From: Porphyridium purpureum
Taxonomy: Eukaryota
DNA length: 64,000 nt
NCBI GenBank assembly: GCA_008690995.1
Contig: VRMN01000004.1
Span: 558,001 to 622,000 of the forward strand
Direction: 5' to 3'
The notes below the pieces were generated by a model, which ran no database searches, was not told the origin of the DNA, and worked only from the letters and a program-made list of their open reading frames with translations. Each line of letters opens with the position of its first letter. Position 1 is the stretch's first letter. The translations under genes were made by a program, and so were the position numbers. This document shows positions 33,382 through 42,410 of this stretch, piece after piece.

Positions 33382-34323
33382 ATGGTGCGTGGCAGGAAGA
33401 CGACGATGGGCTCAGACGATGCGCGAGAGCACGCGTCCTCGAGCGAGCTGGAACGTGCACAGGCTGGCGCGCTGGCACCAGAGCCGACAATGCCCACGGC
33501 TCGTGGTGACGAGATAGGAAGTCATGGGGTTGTGAGTGTTCAGCAGAAGGAAGAGGGTGTCCCCGCCATTGTGCGCGGCAAGATTCGTTCTCAACTGGGC
33601 CAGGCTATTTGTGACGCGGGCGTGCAGATTGAGAAGGCCGGTGATCCACTTTTTCTGACCGCCAAGATGGTCTGGTTCAATCGCCTGCGTGACATGGGAG
33701 AGGATCCAGACCAACATGTATCCTCGATTGATGCAGTTTTCCGCGGGGTGGGGCTGAGGAAATGCTACGAGGTCCTGTCGGAGTTGCACGGTGCAACAGC
33801 ACAAGAGGCATGGGCGGCTGTGGCTGCTTACTTCTACAACAAGGAGCACGAGCGCGCCCTTCGTGCAGAGCATCACGATGTTGAGTATGTTATTGGCCAG
33901 GACCTAAAGAAATTCGTGGAGGTCCTGGAGGATCGCTGCACGGCTCTGGGAGAATCTGACACTCGCAAGATTGAGGCACTTACGTTGGCGCTTCCGAAAA
34001 ACTCCGAGCTGCGTCGTCAGGCCAGGACGTACGGCATACAGGGGAACTGGACCTTGATGAAGACTGCTCTGTTGGAGGAGGCTGGTCAGTATGGAACCTT
34101 TGGTGCGCTTGGCTCGCAGTACGGTGTAAGGGCAGTGAGGAAGCCCGAGCGCGTGCACCATTTGGGTAACTTTGATGAAGCTGGGCTCCCTGGGTTGAAT
34201 CCTCGCAAGCGACTGGTCAAGTGCTGGGAGTGCCAGGAGCGGGGCCACGTTCGCATGGAGTGCCCAAAGTGGGAGAAAAATAAGAGGCAGAGGACCGAAG
34301 AACGCCAGACAAAAAACGAGTAG
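33382..34323 (+). CDS. gag: Element C Gag (CCHC knuckle)
   Basis: ORF between the LTR and pol; CWECQERGHVRMEC; first ATG at 33382. Confidence 0.85.
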   Translation: MVRGRKTTMGSDDAREHASSSELERAQAGALAPEPTMPTARGDEIGSHGVVSVQQKEEGVPAIVRGKIRSQLGQAICDAGVQIEKAGDPLFLTAKMVWFNRLRDMGEDPDQHVSSIDAVFRGVGLRKCYEVLSELHGATAQEAWAAVAAYFYNKEHERALRAEHHDVEYVIGQDLKKFVEVLEDRCTALGESDTRKIEALTLALPKNSELRRQARTYGIQGNWTLMKTALLEEAGQYGTFGALGSQYGVRAVRKPERVHHLGNFDEAGLPGLNPRKRLVKCWECQERGHVRMECPKWEKNKRQRTEERQTKNE

Positions 34324-34346
34324 CGGGGGGATGCGAAGGCCCCCCG
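34311..34346 (+). promoter_or_regulatory. -1 ribosomal frameshift signal of element C
   Basis: Canonical A_AAA_AAC (34311-34317) in gag phase, 6-nt spacer GAGTAG, 7-bp all-GC stem CGGGGGG/CCCCCCG. pol is in the -1 frame. Confidence 0.9.
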
Positions 34347-34358
34347 GAATCTGAAGAA

Positions 34359-37300
34359 TTGTCGGAGGCAGTCCCACTGGGCTCGTATCCATGGATACAC
34401 GTACAGGCTGAATGGGGAGGTCTGAAGGTTCGGACTACTGCGCTGGTTGATACGGGGGCTTTATCCACGTGGATGAACGACGATTTGGCTGACCGTCTTG
34501 GGCTTCTTCGCAGAAAGACCCACACACAGGCATTGGGCCCAACCAATGAGGTGTTGGGGGAGGCCGAGGAGAGCGTTGCCACAATTTGGGTTGGTGAGGG
34601 AATTCAGTCGGAGGAAAGCGTCCGGATTATGAGGAACCTCGGACCTGATCTCATACTGGGAATGCGTTTTCTTGCCAAGCATGTCAGTTGCTTGATCCCG
34701 GGAAAGGGTCTGGGCCTACGCTCGGGCGGATGGATTACTTTTGTCAACCGAGACGTTTCCAGTGCACAGGAAGCCGTGTGTCATACATGCCTGGAAAGAC
34801 ACAGGATCCTGGGATCGATGTATGAGGAAGCCAAACCCACGGTGCAGTTGGAGGCGGTGCACTATATTGCTGATGGAGCAGAAGTGAAGAAGCGAATCCA
34901 GGCCCTCGAAGAAAAGTATGCAGGTCACAACGAGGCTGTTTGTTCTACCATTGAAGCCAAGATCTTTGAGCATTTGGATGAAGCGCAAAGCAGGGAGATG
35001 AAAGGGCTCTTGAAGAAGTTTTGGGTTCTCTTCCGGCCGGAGCTGGGTAAGACAGACCTCGTCGAGCATACGATTCGCATCAAGCCAGAGCGTTTGGAGG
35101 ATCTCCCCAGGGCAAGGTTACGTCGCAGGGCTCCTGCGGTGACGCAGGCTGAGCGCGAGATGGTGCAAGGGCTGGTCGCCCGAGGAGTGCTGGAGCCGAG
35201 TTTGTCAGATGTGTCGAGCCAGAATGTCATGGTCAAGAAGCCGAATGGCGGCTGGCGTCTGACGACAGACTTCCGAACGCTTAATGATGCGACTGTTAAA
35301 GATCGATATCCCATTCCGGACGTGGGAGAGATGATCGACTGGTTTGCATCGTGGAAGTTCAAGAGTATCCTGGATCTGAAGGATGGCTTCTTCCAAGTCC
35401 CTCTGGCCCCCGAGAGCCGACCATTGACAGCGATTATCACTCCGGACGGGCTGTTTCAATACTGCCGATTACCTCAGGGTTGCTGTAATAGCCCAAGTAC
35501 CTTCCAGCGATTGACAAATACGGTCCTGGGCCCGCTCAGGTACCTGAATGCATTGGTTTACATTGATGATTTGGCAATCGGGACAAAGACGTTTGAAGAG
35601 CACTTGCAAGCGCTGCAGCGGGTGCTGGAGCAATTCTGCGCTGCGGGCTTGGTGTTCTCATTGTCGAAGTGCAGATTTGGGGCTTTAAGGGTCGAGTTTC
35701 TTGGACATGATATCGGCCTGGACGGTATAAGGCCGAGCCAGAGGAAGACGGAGGCTGTGCGAGCATGGCAGGAGCCGAGGAATGCAAAGGAACTGCAGCA
35801 GTTCATTGGGCTCGTGGGGTGGTTCCGCAATTTTATCGAGGGATTTGAGGAAGTCTGCAGGCCTCTTAGGGATGCTATGAAGGGCCTTCAAATCAACGCC
35901 AAAGGAAGCAAGTGGAAGAAATACCCTATGAACTCGGCGGATTGGCAGGCACGATTTGGTGAGCCTCAGAGTCAGGCGCTTCTGTCGCTTCGGGAAGCAC
36001 TCAGTGATCCAGAAACTGGAGATCGAAAGGTTTTGGCTGCATACGACCCAGAAGCAGAGCATACGCTGTGGACAGACGCTTCTAGCACTGGCTTGGGAGC
36101 AATGTTGACGCAGAGGGAGGGCACTGGCGATCGTCCAGTGGCATTTTACTCGAGGCTTCTGAGACCGGCCGAGCAGAACTATACCGTGACGGAGAAGGAG
36201 TGCTTGGCCGCCATTGCAGCCATGGAGCACTTCAGGCATTACTTGTACGGCAAACGATTCGTGCTCATGACTGACCACAGCGCATTGAGCTGGCTCATGA
36301 GGCAAAAGGAGCCTCAAGGTCGGATTGCGCGATGGATTCTCAAGGTACAGGACTTCGACTTCCAGGTTCAGCATCATCCAGGCAAGGCGAATACAGTGGC
36401 AGATGCGCTTTCGCGTCCAGCTGTACGTATGAATGAGGAAGAGGCTCGGGTGGCGAGCGAGAGCAATAAGTCTGAGACTCTCAACAACACGAGCGAAATC
36501 GAGCTCATTGGACTGAATGCTGTTGAGGATGAGGAAGTGAAGCGGGTAGTTCGGTTGGCTGAAATGCTGCAGGAAGAGATTCAGGGTCCAGCTTCGGGGG
36601 CCGATGGGGGTATGGTCCCTGTCACATCGGCCGGAGTGCGAGAGCTGCTGCTTCATACTGGCGAGCATACAGGAGCGAACGATGCGTACACACCACCTTC
36701 GATGGAAGAGATCGTGGCTGCATACGCAGACGACACGGACATTCAGGAACAGTTGAAGAATCTGAAAGCAGACAAGCCCGAATACACGTACCCGGAGTAC
36801 ACCGTTGATGAGGATGGAGTCATCTGGGCTATGCTTCGCGATGAGTCCAGGGTCGTGATACCAAACGCTCTGGTGCAGCGCGTCCTGCATGTGTATCACA
36901 GCACGCCACTTTCAGGGCACCTTGGAATAGGAAAGACTGCAAAGCGGGTCTCGGATGCACGATACTGGTGGACCGGTTGGACGGAAGATGTTCGTCAGTT
37001 TGTTCTTTGTTGCCATGAGTGCTTTTCAAGGAAAACAAAGGCGCCCCCGAGAAGGGCTCGCATGCAAGTCTATCGCGCGGTGAGACGTTTCGAGATTGTC
37101 TCGATAGATGTTCTGAGTATCACACCGACAACAACTCGCGGGCACAGCAAAGTGGTAATCATGGTGGACGCCTTCACAAAGTGGGTTCGTGCCCATGCAG
37201 TCAAGGATGAGACTGCGGCTACACTGGCACGTGTTTTCCTAGACGGTTGGGTGTGCGATTTTGGACCGCCAGAGTCTCTGCTGTCCGACCGGGGACCGGG

Positions 37301-38096
37301 CTTTGTAGCCGACATCCTTTCAAAAATGTGTGAAAATCTGGGTGTAGGACGTATGCTTACGACAGCATACCATCCGCAGACGAACGGGGTTGTGGAGCGC
37401 TTTAACCAGACAGTGTGTCAAATGTTGTCGGCATACGTGTGTGCGAACGGAAAAGACTGGGATCGCTGGTTGCCGGTAATGGTGTATGCGTATAATACAG
37501 CCCGGCATGCATCCACGAAGATGTCTCCGTTTGAACTGTTGTATGGTGAGCCGGCGCGGGACTGGGCAAGTATGGCGGGACCCAGAGCTGTTGAACAAGC
37601 AGATGACCTCGCGAAGAAGCTTGCTGCATGTCACGCCATTGCCAATAAGAATGCGAAGATCGCACAGGATCGGTACACGAAGAACTATGATCGCCGAGTC
37701 AGGGAACATGACTTCAAGCCGGGCGACGTGGTGTACGTTTGGGCGCCGCCTTCAGGAGAAGGGCGCAAGCTGAAAAAGCCGTGGGTAGGACCACTATCCA
37801 TCCTGAGAATGGTCGGGGTTCATGCAGTACTGTGCAGTGAAGGCCATCCTGACGGGAAGTTGGTCCACGTGAACCGGCTTGCTCGGGCCCACAAGGACCT
37901 CCTTGAGGCAAGTGGATCCCAAGTCTTGCAAGGAGAAGACGGCAGCTGGGCTATAGAGGCTATAGCCGGGGATCGGGTTGTGGGCGGACGCCGAGAGTAC
38001 AGAGTTAGATGGCGAGGACTCGGTAAACGTGGGGATACGTGGGAACCTGAGCTCGCATTGCCACCAATGATGGTGGCTGCCTACCGTGACGCGTGA
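34359..38096 (+). CDS. pol: Element C Pol (PR, RT, RNase H, IN, chromodomain); probably made as a Gag-Pol fusion
   Basis: LVDTGA, YIDD, WTDAS..ADALSR, HHCC/DDE, and C-terminal WAIEAIAGDRVVGGRREYRVRWRGLGKRGDTWEPE. Confidence 0.96.
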   Translation: MSEAVPLGSYPWIHVQAEWGGLKVRTTALVDTGALSTWMNDDLADRLGLLRRKTHTQALGPTNEVLGEAEESVATIWVGEGIQSEESVRIMRNLGPDLILGMRFLAKHVSCLIPGKGLGLRSGGWITFVNRDVSSAQEAVCHTCLERHRILGSMYEEAKPTVQLEAVHYIADGAEVKKRIQALEEKYAGHNEAVCSTIEAKIFEHLDEAQSREMKGLLKKFWVLFRPELGKTDLVEHTIRIKPERLEDLPRARLRRRAPAVTQAEREMVQGLVARGVLEPSLSDVSSQNVMVKKPNGGWRLTTDFRTLNDATVKDRYPIPDVGEMIDWFASWKFKSILDLKDGFFQVPLAPESRPLTAIITPDGLFQYCRLPQGCCNSPSTFQRLTNTVLGPLRYLNALVYIDDLAIGTKTFEEHLQALQRVLEQFCAAGLVFSLSKCRFGALRVEFLGHDIGLDGIRPSQRKTEAVRAWQEPRNAKELQQFIGLVGWFRNFIEGFEEVCRPLRDAMKGLQINAKGSKWKKYPMNSADWQARFGEPQSQALLSLREALSDPETGDRKVLAAYDPEAEHTLWTDASSTGLGAMLTQREGTGDRPVAFYSRLLRPAEQNYTVTEKECLAAIAAMEHFRHYLYGKRFVLMTDHSALSWLMRQKEPQGRIARWILKVQDFDFQVQHHPGKANTVADALSRPAVRMNEEEARVASESNKSETLNNTSEIELIGLNAVEDEEVKRVVRLAEMLQEEIQGPASGADGGMVPVTSAGVRELLLHTGEHTGANDAYTPPSMEEIVAAYADDTDIQEQLKNLKADKPEYTYPEYTVDEDGVIWAMLRDESRVVIPNALVQRVLHVYHSTPLSGHLGIGKTAKRVSDARYWWTGWTEDVRQFVLCCHECFSRKTKAPPRRARMQVYRAVRRFEIVSIDVLSITPTTTRGHSKVVIMVDAFTKWVRAHAVKDETAATLARVFLDGWVCDFGPPESLLSDRGPGFVADILSKMCENLGVGRMLTTAYHPQTNGVVERFNQTVCQMLSAYVCANGKDWDRWLPVMVYAYNTARHASTKMSPFELLYGEPARDWASMAGPRAVEQADDLAKKLAACHAIANKNAKIAQDRYTKNYDRRVREHDFKPGDVVYVWAPPSGEGRKLKKPWVGPLSILRMVGVHAVLCSEGHPDGKLVHVNRLARAHKDLLEASGSQVLQGEDGSWAIEAIAGDRVVGGRREYRVRWRGLGKRGDTWEPELALPPMMVAAYRDA

Positions 38097-38335
38097 CCAG
38101 TGGCGGAACCTCGGACACACCGGCCGGGTGGAGGGCCACGTGGACGGACGTCCTCTTCGAGTACTTACGATGCCAAGACGGGCACACGAAGCCGATGGCC
38201 AGTGCACGGGCGACATCGAGCTTGAGACGTGGATGCCGGACGCGTCAAGCATTGGCATGTGCTGTAAGTATGAAGTGACTCTCCGGAAGCTTCGGACCAT
38301 GTGATACCTGACATTGGGAAGCGGAGAGGGTGGGA

Positions 38336-39392
38336 TGTCACGGGAGTAGCCCGTGTGTTAAGGAAATGATTAAAAATAGCCATAGTCCGTGGCCGGATAC
38401 CTGGTCGCGCCGGACCCACTGTACTGTAGGTGTACAAGGGGGCGCGTGGTAGGCCTGAAGGCCCCTTCCCTTAGGGACCAGACGCGCGATGACCACCCAG
38501 TATGGAATGGGTGTACAGCCAGGAGGTGGCTGGAACCTTCTGGAAGGTTCTAGACTCAGCGACAGCAAGGCACTGTACCTCGGGGGTACAGTGGTCGCGA
38601 TGGGTATAAAAAGACGCGCGGGTCGGCAACCAAGGGGGGGAGAGGGGGGTCGGGAGACAGAAGGAGTAAGGTGGATCTAAGTAAAAACAGGTGTATTCAA
38701 GGGAGCGTGTTCGGGCCTTGGGTACCTGTTGAGGGAGCGGGGGTACAGCGGGAGTACAGCGGGGGTACGGCGGGGGTACGGCGGGGGTACGGCGGGAGTA
38801 CAGCGCGAGCGAGCGAGCGGGGGGTTTAACGGGGAAGGTTCGCGGATGCCCTGGGGTAAGGCGTCATTAGACGGTCCTTGTTCGGAAGTGGATCCGGGGG
38901 TGGTACGTGGGCGGGGGCGGATAAAGGAGTGATAGGCCGTTTGAAGCCGAAAGGTGAGGCAACCTCCTCCGGCTAACCCCGGCTGCCCACAACGCCTCCC
39001 CGGGTCCCGGATCACCGTAAGGTGTGGCCGAACGGGATCCCGGTTGGGCAGCGGACGCCTGGTTCCCCCGTTACGCGCGTCTTCCGTGTGTGTGCTTTTG
39101 GTTGGCTGTGCCTGCTCCGTGCGTGTGCTCTTGGTTGGCTGTGTCTTTCCCGTGTGTCTGCTCTTGGTTGGTTCTGTCGGTCCCGTGTGTGGGTGCTCTT
39201 GGCTGTTTGCGTGTGAACAGCGTGCGTGAGCGTCGTTGGTTCCGGGTTTCCTGCCTGCCGCAGGTCCAGTTGGCTGCGGGTGTCTTGTGTTTCCTCTTGG
39301 TTGCGTGGATTGTCCAGCTTGTGTGCGTGCGTGTGCCGCTTGGCTTGCTGTTGGGTGTGCCGCTGTGTCCTGGGCCAGCACGGTTCGTGACA
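38336..39392 (+). repeat. Element C 3' LTR (1057 bp)
   Basis: Direct repeat of 32157-33202. Confidence 0.96.
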
Positions 39393-40715
39393 CGTGCCAG
39401 ACTGGGAAAGAGCGCAGAACGTCTCCCAAACGTTCGGGTGCGCAAGCAGTTCGGCGGTCCGCTATTGAGGTTGATTTAATCGATTCAGGAGCCCGGGAAG
39501 AGGGGTGGTCGCGTGGCGGGGCGCGGTACGTAATGGTCTGCCTTGACCATCGCGACCGCTGGCTCACGGTTCATGCTCTTCGGGAGAACACGGCGGAAGC
39601 GACCGCTCCAGCGTTTATTCGCGGACTGGCAGGACAGTCGTGGCCGGAGGTCGTCAAGACAGACGACGGACGAGAGTTTACTGGGGCGTTCTCGAAAGCT
39701 GTAGTTGAGCACGGTGCGAGGCACGAAGTTGCAGTGCCTCGCCGCCCGAACACGCACGCGCCCGTCGAGTCAATGAATCGGACGCTGTTGGGAGCTGTGA
39801 GAGCCTCTCTTGTTTCCTCTGGTCTCCCTGCGCGCTTTTGGGAGGATGCGACACTGCATTTTGCATTCGTGTGGAACAGGGCCCACAGGCCAAACGGCTC
39901 TCCGCATGAAGCAAGGCATCAGGTGTTGTACCGACAAGACAAGCTGTTGCCGTTTGGGTGCGCGGTTATGTACTTCGACGACGAAGCGTCAAAGTTTGCG
40001 GCAAGGGCTCGCCTGGGCGTGTTGATTCGCTATCACGAAGAATCCGCCATCGTGGTGGTCGACGCGGAGGAGCTGGCAAGCGGGCGGACTCGGGAAATCG
40101 TCACAAGGGATTTCGTACCCCGGCGAGGTGAGTACCCGGCCCGTCGTCTCGGTCTGCGGCCGTTGGGAGAGCGGATATGGCTGGAGGATGAATATGAGGC
40201 AGGCGACGGCCCAGCGGCAGAACTTTGCGGCCGATGTCATAAAAGGCGGGTCACCGCAGTGGCATGTCCTAGGTGCCTGGGAAGAAAGGCGCGCCGGCAT
40301 CGGCGGGATGCGACGTGTGCGATCGGGGCCTGCAGATGCTCGCCAGCCGAAATCCTGAGTCGTGAACGTCGGGTCGCCGCTCGCGCAGAGCGGGAGACGG
40401 GACGGATTTATCAAAGCGAAAAGCGCGAGCGCGAGCGGGCCGCGCGGGCACTGGCGGCGGAAGGCAAGCGAGAGCGTAAGGAACAGAAGAGGGCACGGAG
40501 GGCAGCTGCTGTCCGGCGACGTCCGCAGTCCGCGAGCCTCGTGGAGCCCGCACTCAGGTTGGCTGTACCGAGGTCGACACGGTCTGGCCGTGTTGTTCGG
40601 CAGCCCGGAAAACTCAGCCTGGGGGTCACCGTCGTCGTGCCCCGCAGCGAGGCATTGGGACAGTCGTGCTTCGCGAAGGCACGCACCGTCAAATGTGAAC
40701 GATTGAAAAGGTTCG
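39393..40715 (+). pseudogene. pol: Element B pol part 2: copia-type integrase core, Cys-rich insert and linker
   Basis: IEVDL, GARYVMVCLD, KTDDGREF, VESMNRTL, SGLPARFWEDA, PFGC..SKFAARAR are Ty1/copia integrase hallmarks. Confidence 0.9.
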
Positions 40716-41034
40716 TGTTATCCGTTCGACCCAGTCACCTAGAACGGTTCGGTTAATCCAAAACCGGTAAGCCGTTAAACCGGCAGACCGTTTAACCGTT
40801 TCTAGAACCTTCTAGAGGTTCCAGAACCTTCTAGAGGTTCCAGAACCTTCTAGACGCGCGCAGAAATGCCAATGGTTTGCATTGTCATTTCTCTTGGCGC
40901 CTTGCTGTCCCTGGCGGAAGTAAGGGTATAAAAAGGCGACGCGCCTGCCCGGACTAGCCGGTCAGGTCTTGCTCGGAGAGAGAAGAGGAAGGTAAGAAGA
41001 AGAGAGAGAGAATAAAGGCACAGCATTGGTAACA
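40716..41034 (+). repeat. Element D 5' LTR (319 bp)
   Basis: Differs from the 3' LTR only by a 1-bp and a 4-bp indel, as far as seen. Confidence 0.96.
40800..40854 (+). promoter_or_regulatory. Tandem heat-shock elements (3 x TTCnnGAAnnTTC, 21-bp period) in the D LTR; also at ~45992-46046, and 2 units in the solo LTR
   Basis: TTCtaGAAccTTCtagaggTTCcaGAAccTTCtagaggTTCcaGAAccTTC upstream of TATA 40927. Confidence 0.68.
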
Positions 41035-41603
41035 TTTGGTATCATCGCTGGTTACCTGGGGTTGCTCTAAGGTTCTCTTAGAGTTTCTCTGGGGTTGCCT
41101 GGGTGGGAGAGTCTGCGGGTAAGGGGGTTCGAGTAAGTCGATCCGGAGGGTGCGACGGGTGGAAGCGGGTCTCAGTCTTGGCTGTACGATAGGCCTAGGC
41201 CTTGACGGCGGACTCGCTCTCTGCCTTAGCACGTATTAGTAGGCAAGAGCCGTAACGGTCAGCCTTCACTAGGATTCATCCTAGTGTCGCACGACCACCT
41301 TTGCGAAGGTAGGCGCCGAACACCTCCATACAAGATCGCATCTATAATCCCCGCCCCAGTGCAAAGGCCCGGGCCGCTCCCCATCCAGCGCAACAGAGGA
41401 GGATTGCTGTGTGCTTTGTTGTTTGTGCGTGAGAAGATTGCTGTGTGCGTGTGTGTGCGTGAGAGGACCGCTTCGTGTGTCGATTTGTGGTCGTGAGGGC
41501 GACCGAGCCCGTTCGTGTTGCGCGCAGCTGTTGGAGAAAGTGAGCATCGGAGGCTTGCTGTTCGTGTTGTCGTGATCGTTGAGCGTGCTTGTGCCCAGGA
41601 AGC

Positions 41604-42410
41604 ATGGAGATTGATTCGGAGACGCTGGGACCACGTGGCCCGAAGGAGGCCCGTCTGATGAAGTTCGACGGGAAGCGTGACCTTCTGGTTGTGAAGACGT
41701 GGTTGTTCCAGGCGAGAAAGAAGATCTTGGGCCGGTTGTTGGAGAGCATCCACCCGGACGATTTGGAGAAACGTCTGCTTGCGGAGAGGCGTGCTGTGGA
41801 CTTGGCTTCTGACTATTTCGAGGGAGAGGCGCTTCATTGGTGGGTTCTAAACTGCGAACGCTACCCGCAGGAGATCCCCACGACGTGGAATGATTTTGCT
41901 GCCCTCGTGAGTGCTCGGTTCACGCCGCAGGATTCGATCAGGCGTGCAAGGGACAAGTTGACGCGTCTTTCGCAGAAAGGCCCGGCCCATGCGTATGTGG
42001 CGGCTTTTCAGGACGCGGCACTTGTGATTCCGGACTTGTCGGACGCAGAAATGATGGACCGCTTTGTGAGGGGTCTGAAGCCCGAGGTCCGCTTGGAAGT
42101 GTACAAGCGAGGAGTGAGTACGTTCGCGGAGGCTGCGCAGGTGGCGGTGGTCGTGGACGACGCCATTCATGCGACCCGCGGCGTGCGTGATTCAAGTGTG
42201 AGGACGCCATTTTTCGGTCGTGCAGCGCAGGAAGGACCCGTCCCAATGGAGTTGGGACATGTGCAGGGTCAGAGGCATGTTCGTACCGAGATCAAGTGCT
42301 GGAATTGTGGAAAGCCGGGGCACATCGCCAGGAAGTGTCCCGAGGCAAAGAAGACTATCCACCAGCTGGAGGGAGACTCGCTGGAGTCGAAAAACGAGGA
42401 GCTCGAGTAG
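41604..42410 (+). CDS. gag: Element D Gag
   Basis: ALHWW, DRFVRGLK, PMELG, CWNCGKPGHIARKC; first ATG at 41604. Confidence 0.93.
   Translation: MEIDSETLGPRGPKEARLMKFDGKRDLLVVKTWLFQARKKILGRLLESIHPDDLEKRLLAERRAVDLASDYFEGEALHWWVLNCERYPQEIPTTWNDFAALVSARFTPQDSIRRARDKLTRLSQKGPAHAYVAAFQDAALVIPDLSDAEMMDRFVRGLKPEVRLEVYKRGVSTFAEAAQVAVVVDDAIHATRGVRDSSVRTPFFGRAAQEGPVPMELGHVQGQRHVRTEIKCWNCGKPGHIARKCPEAKKTIHQLEGDSLESKNEELE

Larger units (their letters stand above)
32157..39392 (+). mobile_element. Element C: intact Ty3/gypsy LTR retrotransposon with C-terminal chromodomain, 4-bp TSD CGTG
   Basis: LTRs TGTCAC...GTGACA at 32157-33202 and 38336-39392; CGTG at 32153-32156 and 39393-39396; PPT at ~38316-38335. 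Confidence 0.97.

Noticed and set aside
35685..36899. 404-aa antisense ORF within element C pol (and many similar antisense ORFs)
   Set aside because: Shadow frame opposite a GC-rich coding sequence; no recognisable motif.
39236..40756. 506-aa ORF as a standalone gene
   Set aside because: Its ends are read-through from the C 3' LTR and into the D 5' LTR; the core is the B integrase fragment.
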